DNA of 56,217 nt from Gemmatimonadota bacterium (GCA_040389605.1 JAZJZU010000039.1:1-56217); one strand, 5' to 3'. Shown: positions 1-9,020, counted from the first letter of the stretch. Made by a program: numbers and translations. The notes: a model not told the origin generated them from the letters alone.

Positions 1-467
1 GTCATCTCCGCTAGCGCAGGATTCGCGGACGCACGGAGCCAGGTCTCGGCGGCGCCGACGGCCTGGAGGAACTGCGTGCCCGTGGGGCTCGACACCGAGA
101 CGATGTGGAGGTCCTTGTGGCCCCAGTGCGATGGCATCTGCCGCCCGCCCGAGTTCGGATCGTCGGCCGCGGCGACCGCGGAGAGCAGCTGGTCGGTGGC
201 AGACATCCCCAGGCCGAGACAGATGGCCCGGTCGCGGTAGTAGAGGTAGAACCAGTCGTGCGCCGCGCGAAAGACCTTCGCGGCCGCCACCAGGACCGCT
301 TCGTGACCCGCGCCGGAGATCTGGAAGAAGATCTTGTTCTGGCGCTTGAGCTGGATCTCCTTGTCGTCGAGCCGGCGGGAGAGCGTGATCAGCCGGAAGA
401 ACTCGAGGAGGTCCGCCTTGTCGAGCTTGGTGGCGGCTCTGGGCCGCGACTGCGTGCGAGTTGCCAT
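1..467 (-). CDS. 2-oxoacid dehydrogenase E1 component, alpha (TPP-binding) region; first 155 codons only, gene runs off the window start
   Basis: Not in the ORF track because there is no stop inside the window. The reverse complement from ATG 467..465 reads [66 protein letters not shown]...[40 protein letters not shown] and stays open to position 1. [11 protein letters not shown] and [10 protein letters not shown] resemble E1-alpha subunits of pyruvate/branched-chain 2-oxoacid dehydrogenases (recognised from memory). Confidence 0.65.
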   Translation of the reverse strand, partial: MATRTQSRPRAATKLDKADLLEFFRLITLSRRLDDKEIQLKRQNKIFFQISGAGHEAVLVAAAKVFRAAHDWFYLYYRDRAICLGLGMSATDQLLSAVAAADDPNSGGRQMPSHWGHKDLHIVSVSSPTGTQFLQAVGAAETWLRASANPALAEM

Positions 468-510
468 CCTGAAAAGATGGCCGGGAGATGGCTCCGAGGG
501 AAGAACTGCG

Positions 511-2151
511 CTAGAACACGATCCGGCCGCCAACCACGGTCGTCCGGATGCGTGCCACCCTGATACTGTCGAGTGGCACCTTGCGGATGTCCCGGTCGAT
601 CATCGCGAAGTCGGCCAGCTTGCCCACGGTCAGGGTTCCGCGACGCTCCTCCGCGAACACGGCGTAGGCATTGCTCGAGGTGTAGGCACGGAGCGCCTCC
701 TCGACGCTGATCTTCTGTTGTGGAAGCCAGCCACCGGGATTGAGGCCATCCAGGGTCTGCCGGGTCACCGCGGCCCAGATCCCGAGGAGTGGATCGACCG
801 GGGCCACGGGCCAATCGGAGCCGAAGGTCAGGTGCGCCTTCGCGTCGAGCAGTGATCGGAAGGCGTAGGTCCCCGCGAGTTGCGCTGGCCGGATCCGCTT
901 CCAGGCCCAGCGGCCGTCGTCGGCAGCGTGGTACGGCTGCATCGAGGCAATCACGCCCGTGCGCGCGATGCGCGTGATGTCTTCCAGCCGAAGGTGCTGC
1001 GCGTGCTCGATCCTGAAGCGACGATCGCGATTGCCGTGCGCCGCAGCGACGGAATCGTAGATGTCGAGCAACAGGGCGTTGGCGCGGTCGCCAATGGCGT
1101 GCACCGCCACTTGCAGGCCGGCGGAGTCGGCCGCACCGATCCAGTGTGCCAGCGAGTCGAGGGGGGTCGTGAGCAGCCCCGACGAAGTGGAGTCATCGAG
1201 ATACGGCTGAAAGAAGAGCGCGGTGGTCGAGCCGAGGGAGCCATCGACGAAGCCCTTCACACCGGCGACCCGGATCCATTCGTCGCCGACGCCGTTGGCG
1301 CGCACACTGTCGGCCACGGTGCGCCAGCCGCCCAACGCGGGATAGAGTGCCACGCGCATCGAGAGCGTCCCGTTCGCACGGGCCCGGCGGACGGCGGCCA
1401 CTTCGGCCCAGGGCGCCGACACGGCTGAGACGGCCGTGATGCCCCGAACATTGGCGTAGCGCATTGCGCCGGCCAGCGCAGAGTCGAGTTGTTCGGCGGT
1501 CGGTGGCGGAATGACCGCGAACATCGGGCCCATCGCCTCATCCTTCAACACACCAGTTGGTGCGCCAGACGCGTCGCGCACGATGGTGCCGCCAGTGATG
1601 TCAGGCGAGTCACGCGTCAGCTTCGCGAGTGCCAGCGCGGCGGAGTTGGCCAGCCCCATATGCCCATCGAGTCGCTGGACGAACACCGGGTTGTTGGGCG
1701 TGACCGAGTCGATCCACTCCCTGCGCGGAAGCGGCGAGCCGGCCCAGCGCTCGTGATCCCAGTTGCCACCGAGGATCCACTGTCCAGGCGGAATTGTCGC
1801 GGCGTAGGCCTTGATCCGCCGGGTGAATTCCGCCGGCGAGTCGGCATCGCGCAGCTCGACGTAGCCAAGCTGTGCGCCCGCGTCGGTCAGGTGAACGTGA
1901 TCATCGGCGAATCCCGGAACGATGAGGCCGGAGCCCACCATCAGGATCCGGGTGTTGGGGCCCACCATCGCGGCAATCTTCGCGCTGTCACCCAGGGCGA
2001 TGATGTTCTCGCCCCGAACGGCCATTGCCCGGACCTCGGGCGCCGTCGAGTCGCCGGTCCAGATGGTGCCGAAAATGGCCAGTGAGGGCGCGTTGGCACC
2101 GGGTTCGCAAGCCGCGACCAGGAGCAGACACCAGGGAAGCAGACGGCGCAT
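511..2151 (-). CDS. Amidohydrolase-family metallohydrolase (amidohydrolase_3 / YtcJ-like), secreted or lipoprotein
   Basis: 546 aa. N-terminal signal [17 protein letters not shown]. Metal-ligand style motifs [28 protein letters not shown] and FGSDWPVAP, plus C-terminal [10 protein letters not shown], which is typical of this family. Confidence 0.85.
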   Translation of the reverse strand: MRRLLPWCLLLVAACEPGANAPSLAIFGTIWTGDSTAPEVRAMAVRGENIIALGDSAKIAAMVGPNTRILMVGSGLIVPGFADDHVHLTDAGAQLGYVELRDADSPAEFTRRIKAYAATIPPGQWILGGNWDHERWAGSPLPRREWIDSVTPNNPVFVQRLDGHMGLANSAALALAKLTRDSPDITGGTIVRDASGAPTGVLKDEAMGPMFAVIPPPTAEQLDSALAGAMRYANVRGITAVSAVSAPWAEVAAVRRARANGTLSMRVALYPALGGWRTVADSVRANGVGDEWIRVAGVKGFVDGSLGSTTALFFQPYLDDSTSSGLLTTPLDSLAHWIGAADSAGLQVAVHAIGDRANALLLDIYDSVAAAHGNRDRRFRIEHAQHLRLEDITRIARTGVIASMQPYHAADDGRWAWKRIRPAQLAGTYAFRSLLDAKAHLTFGSDWPVAPVDPLLGIWAAVTRQTLDGLNPGGWLPQQKISVEEALRAYTSSNAYAVFAEERRGTLTVGKLADFAMIDRDIRKVPLDSIRVARIRTTVVGGRIVF

Positions 2152-2163
2152 CGGGACTCCTGA

Positions 2164-2412
2164 TCAGCGGCCGGTGAGCCGGCGGAGGGCGTTGAGCTTC
2201 TCGAGGGCACTCTGGCCCGATGTGGCGGGAGCGGCGGGGGCCACGGCAAAAAGGTCGCGAATGTCGAGCAGGATCTCGAGCATCAGCTGGTCGCGCATAT
2301 AGGAATTGTCGAGATCGGCCATCCGGACCGGGTTCTCCCCGGCCCTGGCGGATTCGTAGGACTCGCGATAGATCTGCTCGAGGTTATTGAGAATTCGTTC
2401 TCGGGAGCGCAT
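2164..2412 (-). CDS. Small hypothetical protein (82 aa), 12 nt upstream of the amidohydrolase on the same strand
   Basis: ORF with a helical-looking sequence (ILNNLEQIYRESYESARAGENP...MLEILLDIRDLF). No motif recognised. The coding call rests on placement and a non-repetitive composition. Confidence 0.4.
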   Translation of the reverse strand: MRSRERILNNLEQIYRESYESARAGENPVRMADLDNSYMRDQLMLEILLDIRDLFAVAPAAPATSGQSALEKLNALRRLTGR

Positions 2413-2435
2413 CTATCCTCGAAGTTGGATTCGGG

Positions 2436-2960
2436 GTGGAAAAACGGCACGAAAATCGCCTGAATTGTGATCCTATGACCAGTCGAACTCGCCTCGTGCC
2501 CCCGTCGCCCCGCCTCGGCAGCTCCCAGGGATTCACCCTGATGGAAATGCTGCTGGTGATCGTGATGCTCGGGTTGCTCTCGGCGATCCTGATGCCCCGG
2601 GTCTCCCGGATTACGACCCACGCGAAACTGAATGAGGCAGCGACGGTCGTCGCAGGCGATATGGAGCAGGCGATCTCGCTGGCGGCGCGACTGCGAAAGC
2701 CGGTGACGGTTACCTACCTCTCGGCTGGAAAATACACCGTCCGCGACCGGGCCACATCACCGAATGACTCGCTTCGCCTCAGCCGGAATCTGGGGCTCAC
2801 TGGCGACCAGGGGGCGGCCACCATTGCCTTCACTCCCACGACGGTGACGATCTTCCCGAACGGGATGCTGGATGCGGCCCTGCTGGTCCGGCTCACCACG
2901 GCGGATGGCTTTTCGCGACATGTCACAGTTTCCCCCGCAGGACTGGTACGGGCACAGTGA
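2436..2960 (+). CDS. Prepilin-type minor pseudopilin, GspH/FimT/FimU-like (module 1, gene 1)
   Basis: N-terminal cleavage/methylation motif SSQG|FTLMEMLLVIVMLGLLSAIL (Gly-1, Phe+1, Glu+5, hydrophobic helix). About 150 aa mature length. Start uncertain: 2436 lies only 23 nt from the divergent ORF 2164..2412, and the in-frame ATG at 2475 (MTSRTRLV...) is an alternative. Confidence 0.8.
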   Translation: MEKRHENRLNCDPMTSRTRLVPPSPRLGSSQGFTLMEMLLVIVMLGLLSAILMPRVSRITTHAKLNEAATVVAGDMEQAISLAARLRKPVTVTYLSAGKYTVRDRATSPNDSLRLSRNLGLTGDQGAATIAFTPTTVTIFPNGMLDAALLVRLTTADGFSRHVTVSPAGLVRAQ

Positions 2961-3346
2961 TGCATAAACGCCACGGTTTTACGCTGATCGAGGTGCTGAT
3001 TGCCATCGTGATCCTTGGCGCGATGGCCGGTGGCCTTTCGGCACTCCTGCTGAACAGTGGCCGCCAGGCCCGCGACGCAGGCAAGCTGGCCTACCGGGCC
3101 GCGGTCCTGAACGCCGAGATCTCCCGGGTGACGGCCATCCCCGCGGGCACGCTGGCCGACGGCACCGTATCGACCACGGTCACAGGGCTTCCGCTCGCCT
3201 ACACAATGACGACGGTGGCCTCGACCTCGGGGAGCACGCAAACCGTGACGATCACGCTTACCCCGACCGGCGTCCGACCCGTCGCGGCCCTCACCCGGGT
3301 GATCACGCGCAAGGCAGGCGCGGGCACCAACCCGTTCAGCCCGTGA
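2957..3346 (+). CDS. Prepilin-type minor pseudopilin, PilV/GspI-like (module 1, gene 2)
   Basis: 129 aa. MMHKRHG|FTLIEVLIAIVILGAMAGG. The start (GTG 2957 or ATG 2960) overlaps the upstream stop (GTGATG). Confidence 0.8.
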   Translation: MMHKRHGFTLIEVLIAIVILGAMAGGLSALLLNSGRQARDAGKLAYRAAVLNAEISRVTAIPAGTLADGTVSTTVTGLPLAYTMTTVASTSGSTQTVTITLTPTGVRPVAALTRVITRKAGAGTNPFSP

Positions 3347-4221
3347 ACAGGCTCCGGGGGTCTCGCCGCGGCGTGACGATTGTCGAGCTGCTGATTGCGA
3401 TGGTGATTGCGGCTGCCCTCGGCGCCGCCACGCTGTCGCTGATGCTGAGCCAGAGCCGGTTCGCCGAGCGTGCCGAAGGCCAGCGTGCCGGACGGCGCGT
3501 GGGCCGTAGCGCCGTGAACGCGCTGGCCAATGACCTCCGGATGGTCGACCCGTCCTGGGGGATCGAGGCCGCGTCGGCAACATCGATCACCGTGAAGGTT
3601 CCGTACGCGATGGGCGTGATCTGCGCTTCCACGGCGCTTCTGCAGACCATCGAAGTGCTTCCGGTCGACAGCGTCGCATTCGCGATGCCCGGCTATTCGG
3701 GCTTTGCGGCGCGCGCGAGCGATGGCAGCTACACCACCTATTCCGGTGGCACCGTCACCGAAATTGCGGTGCCCTCGACGTGCAGCGTGACTGCGGGCAT
3801 CACCACGATTACGGCACCATCCGATGCTCCGAATCAGAAGAGCCGGGCGGTCACCATTGTGACGATCGGGGCCCCGGTGCTCGCTGTCGGTACGCCAGTG
3901 ATGTTCTATCGCCGGACCCAGTTCTACTTCGGCGCATCCAACCAGAACGGGTTGAGCGGCCGCACCGCGCTGTGGCGCAACTATCTCAGCTCGGGCTCGG
4001 CGGCGGTTGAACTTGCGGCACCGTTCAGCAACACGGCGGCGTTCCGGTTCTTCAACCTCTCGGCGACTACCTCGCAGACCGCCGTGCCGTCTCCGCTCAG
4101 CGACATCAAGGGATTCGAGCTCTATCTCCCGGGGCAGAGCGACAATAGCAGCCGCCAGAAGGGCGCGCCCGAACAGGCCAACCTGACTACTGCAGTCTTT
4201 CTCGTGAACCGGAGCAGCTGA
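3343..4221 (+). CDS. Prepilin-type minor pseudopilin, PilW/GspJ-like (module 1, gene 3)
   Basis: 292 aa. MNRLRGSRRG|VTIVELLIAMVIAAALGAATLSL with Glu+5. The GTG start overlaps the upstream TGA (GTGA). Confidence 0.75.
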   Translation: MNRLRGSRRGVTIVELLIAMVIAAALGAATLSLMLSQSRFAERAEGQRAGRRVGRSAVNALANDLRMVDPSWGIEAASATSITVKVPYAMGVICASTALLQTIEVLPVDSVAFAMPGYSGFAARASDGSYTTYSGGTVTEIAVPSTCSVTAGITTITAPSDAPNQKSRAVTIVTIGAPVLAVGTPVMFYRRTQFYFGASNQNGLSGRTALWRNYLSSGSAAVELAAPFSNTAAFRFFNLSATTSQTAVPSPLSDIKGFELYLPGQSDNSSRQKGAPEQANLTTAVFLVNRSS

Positions 4222-5333
4222 TGCGATCGCGAACCTGCCGACGGACGTCGGATCGTCGCGGTGCGGCACTGATGACGGTAATGCTCCTCGTCCTGCTGCT
4301 GATGATCGCCATCATCGGCGCATTCACGCGGACGACCACCGAACGACGGATTGCCCTCGACGAAACCTCACTGGTCGATGCATTTGCGATCGCCCAGAGC
4401 GGGATCGATCAGTACCTGATCGCGAAGACCGCCATCCCGAGCACCCTCCCCGACTCCGCGACCTACACGGTGACGGGCGGACGCGCGGTCGTCACGTTGC
4501 GCAGTTTCCGCACGACGAGCACCGACACGCTACTGCTGATCACGTCGCGGGGTGAAGCGACCGGCAGCCGCTACAACGCCGGAACGTCGATCGCGACGCG
4601 CACGGTTGCGCAGTTTATCCGCTTCGGTGGTGGATCGATCGATATTCCGGGCGGGTTTACGGCGCTTGCAGGTTTCAACAAGAACGGGTCCTCGGGCGAG
4701 GCAAGCGGGATCGATCAGTGCCCGGGGAGCACGAACCCGGCGATTGCCGGCGTCGCCGTCCCGACGGGTGGTTACAGCCAGAGCGGCAACAGCAGCACCA
4801 ACTGGATCAATGGCAATCCGGACAACGCGCCGTTGTACATCGGCACCCCGGGCATTGCTGGCACTGCCAAAGATGTGGTGGACATCGATTGGGCCGGGAT
4901 CGTGGCTCGCACATCGATCACGCCCGACTACTACCAGAAGACCACGTCTCCCACGTCGGGGGCCTGGCCGACCAATGCCCAGATCAACGGCACCAACTGG
5001 CCCACGGTGTTCGTCGAGGGAAACAGCTCGATGCCCAGCGGCGGCCAGGGGATTCTCATTGTCACGGGCGACCTGACGATGTCAGGGAGCGATGACTGGA
5101 ACGGACTCGTGCTCGTCGGGGGCAGCTATACCTCGAACGGCAATACGACCGTTTCGGGCGGGCTGATCAGTGGGCTGAACGTGAAGCTGGGGATTGCCGT
5201 GAGCGCGAGTTCACTCGGAAACGGTACCAAGAAGATCCTCTACAACTCGTGCGACCTGGCCAAGGCGCTGGCGAAGTATGGCGGCTGGTCTCGTATGGGA
5301 AACGCCTGGACCGACAACTGGCCCTCCTACTGA
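4221..5333 (+). CDS. Large PilX/GspK-like terminal pseudopilin (module 1, gene 4)
   Basis: 370 aa. N-terminus RRGAALMTVMLLVLLLMIAIIGAF is a hydrophobic helix without Glu+5, as in PilX_N/GspK-type proteins. The ATG overlaps the upstream stop by 1 nt (TGATG). The C-terminal block GQGILIVTGDLTMSGSDDWNGLVLVGG is shared with 7176..8393. Confidence 0.7.
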   Translation: MRSRTCRRTSDRRGAALMTVMLLVLLLMIAIIGAFTRTTTERRIALDETSLVDAFAIAQSGIDQYLIAKTAIPSTLPDSATYTVTGGRAVVTLRSFRTTSTDTLLLITSRGEATGSRYNAGTSIATRTVAQFIRFGGGSIDIPGGFTALAGFNKNGSSGEASGIDQCPGSTNPAIAGVAVPTGGYSQSGNSSTNWINGNPDNAPLYIGTPGIAGTAKDVVDIDWAGIVARTSITPDYYQKTTSPTSGAWPTNAQINGTNWPTVFVEGNSSMPSGGQGILIVTGDLTMSGSDDWNGLVLVGGSYTSNGNTTVSGGLISGLNVKLGIAVSASSLGNGTKKILYNSCDLAKALAKYGGWSRMGNAWTDNWPSY

Positions 5334-5423
5334 CGCCGAGCCGGACCGGGCACTAGGATTCTGGGTCGTCGCGAGCGCCGATGCGTGGTGCCCGCTGTGG
5401 CCCCCTGAGGTGGAGGTTCACGA

Positions 5424-5882
5424 ATGGAACGCGAGCAACGGAACCCGGCCTGGAGCCGTCAGGGGTTCACCCTGACCGAGCTCCTGCTGGTTATCGTCGT
5501 CATTGGTATCCTGTTGGCGATCACGGCGCCCAGGATTGCCACCGCGATGGCGCGCCGCAACGTCACCGGCGCCACCGCCGGTATGGAGGCGCTGTTGAGG
5601 CGTGCCCGCGCCTCCGCGATCCAGACCAGACTTCCCGCCACGATCACCTTTGCCAGCGGGGTCGCCACAGTGACGGTCGATTCGGCCGGGACAGCGAAGG
5701 TCGTGGGGCAACCGCTCAATTTCGCCGCGCAATATGGCGGGGTCGCGGTGACCCCCTCCTCGGCCACACTGAGGATCGAGCCCACGGGGCTGATCGTGAC
5801 CGGCACCCCCTACACGATGATCGCAACCAAGGGGTCTGCCGCCGATACTACCCTGATTACGGGCTATGGGAGGATCGAATGA
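5424..5882 (+). CDS. Prepilin-type minor pseudopilin, GspH/FimT/FimU-like (module 2, gene 1)
   Basis: 152 aa. WSRQG|FTLTELLLVIVVIGILLAITAP. GGAGG lies 7 nt upstream of the ATG. Confidence 0.8.
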   Translation: MEREQRNPAWSRQGFTLTELLLVIVVIGILLAITAPRIATAMARRNVTGATAGMEALLRRARASAIQTRLPATITFASGVATVTVDSAGTAKVVGQPLNFAAQYGGVAVTPSSATLRIEPTGLIVTGTPYTMIATKGSAADTTLITGYGRIE

Positions 5883-6262
5883 GCGGGAGGAGGGGCAACG
5901 GGGGCTTCACCCTCGTCGAATTGCTGGTGGCGATCCTCATCCTCACGGGCGGCCTGCTGGCGATGGCCGGGGGCTCGATGATTACCACGCGCGATCTCCA
6001 GCGCAGCCGGATGGCGACCTTCGCCTCGGGCCTGACGACGGCCAAGATGGATGAGCTGCTCAGCTATGCCAATGCCACATCCCCTGCGTGCCTTTCGACC
6101 AATTTTGCGTCGAGTACTTCGGCGGTGGTGAGCAACAACGTGTCGCTCACCTGGAATGTGCCGGCGAGCGGGACGCTCAGGACCGTGCGCGTCTTTGCCG
6201 CCTACAAGCTCTCGAAGGGCGTGGCGAAAACCGACACCCTGACCGGGCGGGTCGCGTGCTGA
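5879..6262 (+). CDS. Prepilin-type minor pseudopilin, PilV/GspI-like (module 2, gene 2)
   Basis: Internal ATG of track ORF 5381..6262. MSGRRGNGG|FTLVELLVAILILTGGLLAMAGG, 127 aa. ATGA overlap with the upstream stop at 5880..5882. Confidence 0.8.
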   Translation: MSGRRGNGGFTLVELLVAILILTGGLLAMAGGSMITTRDLQRSRMATFASGLTTAKMDELLSYANATSPACLSTNFASSTSAVVSNNVSLTWNVPASGTLRTVRVFAAYKLSKGVAKTDTLTGRVAC

Positions 6263-7161
6263 GGCGCCGCGGCGTTACGCTGGTCGAGCTGCTGATCGGG
6301 ATCGTCCTGATGGCGATCATTGGTGCGGCCATCACGAAGGTGCTGACGGCAATGCTCAACACCTCCGGCGCCCAGATCACGATCGCGAATTCGATGGGCG
6401 AGGCCCGGAACGGGGCCACGCTGCTGCCGCAGGAACTGCGCGAAGTGGGTTTCGACAGCAACATCACCACGCTGTCGTCGCGAACCGACCTGCTCGCGAT
6501 CGCACGCAACCGGATTTCCTTCCGCGCGATGCGTGGAATGGGCATCACTTGCGGCACGCCTACGCTGACCGAGTTTCGTGTTCTCAAGCCCACGATCGGA
6601 CAGCGACTGCCACGCCTCACTGACGAATTCCTGCTGTTCGTGGAGAACGACCCGAACGCTGGCTTCGATGATCAGTGGTTGCCGATGGTCGTCACCAACA
6701 TCGACCTCAATTCCACTTGCGGCACCGACGAGGCCATCCGGTTCACCCTTTCGGATCCGCCACTGGTCAAGTCGACGTCGCCAACGGTGGATATGGCGCT
6801 CTCCCAGCATCGTGTCGGCGGTCCGGTGAAGTGGTTCGAGCAGGTTGAGTACGGTCCGTTTGTCGATGGGACGACCGGGAAGGTCTATGTGGGCGTCCGC
6901 TCGATCAGCCAGGGCGAGACGACCCTGAGCCCCATCATCGGACCGATCCCCGATTCGACACACCTAGTGCTGACCTACTTCGACGCGGCGGGTGCCGTGC
7001 TGGATCCCACTACTACGAACCCGCTTCGCGTGCGCTCCATCGGCATCGGATTGACGACCATTACTGAGCGGGTCAGTTCGTTGGCCGGTACCACAACCCG
7101 CTCTTCCAAGCAGTACCCGATGTATACCCGCGTGGCCCTGCGCAACACGCTGCGGCCCTGA
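6256..7161 (+). CDS. Prepilin-type minor pseudopilin, PilW/GspJ-like (module 2, gene 3)
   Basis: In-frame GTG inside track ORF 6088..7161. VLRRRG|VTLVELLIGIVLMAIIGAAITKV with Glu+5. Overlaps the upstream gene end (6262) by 7 nt. Confidence 0.75.
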   Translation: MLRRRGVTLVELLIGIVLMAIIGAAITKVLTAMLNTSGAQITIANSMGEARNGATLLPQELREVGFDSNITTLSSRTDLLAIARNRISFRAMRGMGITCGTPTLTEFRVLKPTIGQRLPRLTDEFLLFVENDPNAGFDDQWLPMVVTNIDLNSTCGTDEAIRFTLSDPPLVKSTSPTVDMALSQHRVGGPVKWFEQVEYGPFVDGTTGKVYVGVRSISQGETTLSPIIGPIPDSTHLVLTYFDAAGAVLDPTTTNPLRVRSIGIGLTTITERVSSLAGTTTRSSKQYPMYTRVALRNTLRP

Positions 7162-7175
7162 ACCACGAGGACCTT

Positions 7176-8393
7176 ATGGCAGTATGGACGCGGAGGAAAC
7201 CGAGCGATCGTCGCGGGATCACCCTGCTGCTCAGCCTCTTTGCGCTGGTCATTCTTGGTGCGACGGTCGCCGCAGCTTTTATGGTGGTGCGCTTCGATCG
7301 CTCTGCCTCGTCGAGCAATGCCTATGCGGGTGATGCTCAGAACGCGGCCGAGGCGGGGCTGGCCGATGTCTATGCCACGTGGGACCCGACGGTGCAGGGG
7401 GCGCTCGCAGTGTGGACGCCTTCCGCTCCGGTGAGCTGGACCGGAGGAACGCGCACGCTGCAGTCGGGGAAGCTGTTCTATGAGTCGACGGTCCGGCGGC
7501 TGAACAGCCAGCTCTTCCTGGTGGAAGCCACCGGCTGGCGGGGAACCACCACCCGGCGCGCGTCGACGCTCACGCTGAGCCAGTGGTTCCGGCTCGTGAA
7601 GCCCACCATCGGCGTGAACGCCGCCGTAACCGTGAACGACCCGGTGAAGTTCAACGGCAATTCATTCCTGGTGAGCGGGATCAATGCGCTGCCACCGCAG
7701 TGGGCTGCGGGCGAGTGCACTGCGATCTCGGCCGGCAATGAAGACGACGTAGTAGGAGTGCGCAGTGCTACAGGGACTGGCGTAACCGCTCAGGATGCCA
7801 ACAATGTGTTCGGGTTCCCAACCCGGGACGCCCCGAACGACCCTTCGGTGACCTCCGAGACCTTTACCAACTTCGTCGACTACACCTTTGCCACCCTCGG
7901 CTCGCAGCCGGGAGTGAAGGTCCTGCCCAATACCACGCCCTATAACGGGGTCGGCCCGGTGCTCGACGCCGGAACCGGTACCTGTGACAAGAGCGTACTG
8001 CTCAACCTCGGCGAACCCTACCGCCCGCCCTCGGGGGGCATCGTGACGCAGTGCACCGGCTATTACCCGGTAGTTCACGGTACCGGGGCACAGACGAAAT
8101 TTGCCGCCAACAGCCGGGGGCAAGGCACGCTGCTCATTGACGGCGACCTGGAACTGGTGGGTGGCTTCGAGTGGGACGGATTGATCATCGTGCGAAACCA
8201 GATCAAGGTGACGGGCAACGGAAACAAGCTTTACGGTGCAGTCCTGGCGGCGGGCGCCGACGTGGCGACCACGAACGGTTCCGTCGGCGGCAACGTGACG
8301 ATCAACTATTCGGAGTGCGCCATCACCAAGGCCGTCAACGGCGCGTCGCTCGCCCGGCCGCTCGGCCAGCGCGCCTGGGCGCAATCGTACTGA
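7176..8393 (+). CDS. Large PilX/GspK-like terminal pseudopilin (module 2, gene 4)
   Basis: 405 aa. DRRGITLLLSLFALVILGATVAAAF is a hydrophobic helix with no Glu+5. The C-terminal block GQGTLLIDGDLELVGGFEWDGLIIV and the near-terminal INYSECAITKA parallel 4221..5333. Confidence 0.7.
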   Translation: MAVWTRRKPSDRRGITLLLSLFALVILGATVAAAFMVVRFDRSASSSNAYAGDAQNAAEAGLADVYATWDPTVQGALAVWTPSAPVSWTGGTRTLQSGKLFYESTVRRLNSQLFLVEATGWRGTTTRRASTLTLSQWFRLVKPTIGVNAAVTVNDPVKFNGNSFLVSGINALPPQWAAGECTAISAGNEDDVVGVRSATGTGVTAQDANNVFGFPTRDAPNDPSVTSETFTNFVDYTFATLGSQPGVKVLPNTTPYNGVGPVLDAGTGTCDKSVLLNLGEPYRPPSGGIVTQCTGYYPVVHGTGAQTKFAANSRGQGTLLIDGDLELVGGFEWDGLIIVRNQIKVTGNGNKLYGAVLAAGADVATTNGSVGGNVTINYSECAITKAVNGASLARPLGQRAWAQSY

Positions 8394-8414
8394 GCCAGCC
8401 CCACTCGTAGCGCC

Positions 8415-8449
8415 GTAGCGGCTGGCGGGAAGCTCCCGGCAGCCGCTAC
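8415..8449 (+). terminator. Hairpin after the pseudopilin cluster (possible intrinsic terminator)
   Basis: GTAGCGGCTG (8415..8424) pairs with CAGCCGCTAC (8440..8449), giving a 10-bp perfect stem and a 15-nt loop, followed by TCTTCC. It lies 22 nt after the stop at 8393. There is no clear U-tract. Confidence 0.4.
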
Positions 8450-8480
8450 TCTTCCGGGGACTCCCACCCACAGGCCCCGG

Positions 8481-8987
8481 ATGTCCCGCCGCATTCTCTT
8501 CTTTGTTGCTCCGCTCTATGAAGACCTCGAACTGTGGTACCCCAAGATCCGTCTCGAGGAGGAGGGGTACGAAACCGTTGTCGCGGGGCTCGGTGAGCGC
8601 AGCTACCAGGGCAAGCGCGGCTACCCCATTACCGCTGACACCTCGGTCGACGAGATTCGCGCCGACGCATTCGATGCGCTCGTGATTCCAGGCGGATACG
8701 CCCCGGACATCATGCGCCGGAGCGAGCGGCTGCTCACCATCACCCGCGCGATGCACGAAGCCGGCAAACCCATTGCCTTCATCTGCCACGCTGGCTGGGT
8801 GCCCATCTCGGCCGGCATCGTGCGCGGACGACGCGGGACCTCGGTCGGGGCCATCAAGGATGACCTGGTGAATGCCGGAATGGTCTGGGAAGACTCGGCC
8901 GTGGTGGTCGATGGCAACCTGATCTCGTCGCGCACGCCCGCCGACCTGGTGCCGTTCACGAAAGCCATCATTGCGGCCTTGAAGTAA
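8481..8987 (+). CDS. DJ-1/PfpI-family protein (intracellular protease/amidase type)
   Basis: 168 aa. LVIPGGYAPD and the nucleophile-elbow motif KPIAFICHAGWVPISAG are typical of the PfpI/DJ-1 class I glutamine amidotransferase-like fold. Confidence 0.9.
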   Translation: MSRRILFFVAPLYEDLELWYPKIRLEEEGYETVVAGLGERSYQGKRGYPITADTSVDEIRADAFDALVIPGGYAPDIMRRSERLLTITRAMHEAGKPIAFICHAGWVPISAGIVRGRRGTSVGAIKDDLVNAGMVWEDSAVVVDGNLISSRTPADLVPFTKAIIAALK

Positions 8988-9020
8988 TCGATGATCGATC
9001 ATCGATGATCGATGATCGAC
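8987..9020. repeat. Perfect 20-bp palindrome embedded in about 4.5 tandem heptamers (ATGATCG), rich in GATC and ATCGAT
   Basis: 8987..9006 ATCGATGATCGATCATCGAT equals its own reverse complement. Heptamers run ATGATCG 8991, ATCATCG 8998, ATGATCG 9005 and ATGATCG 9012. There are four GATC sites (8993, 8997, 9007, 9014) and four ATCGAT sites (8987, 8994, 9001, 9008). It starts on the last base of the pfpI-like stop codon and ends about 27 nt before the likely MazG-like start. Confidence 0.9.
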
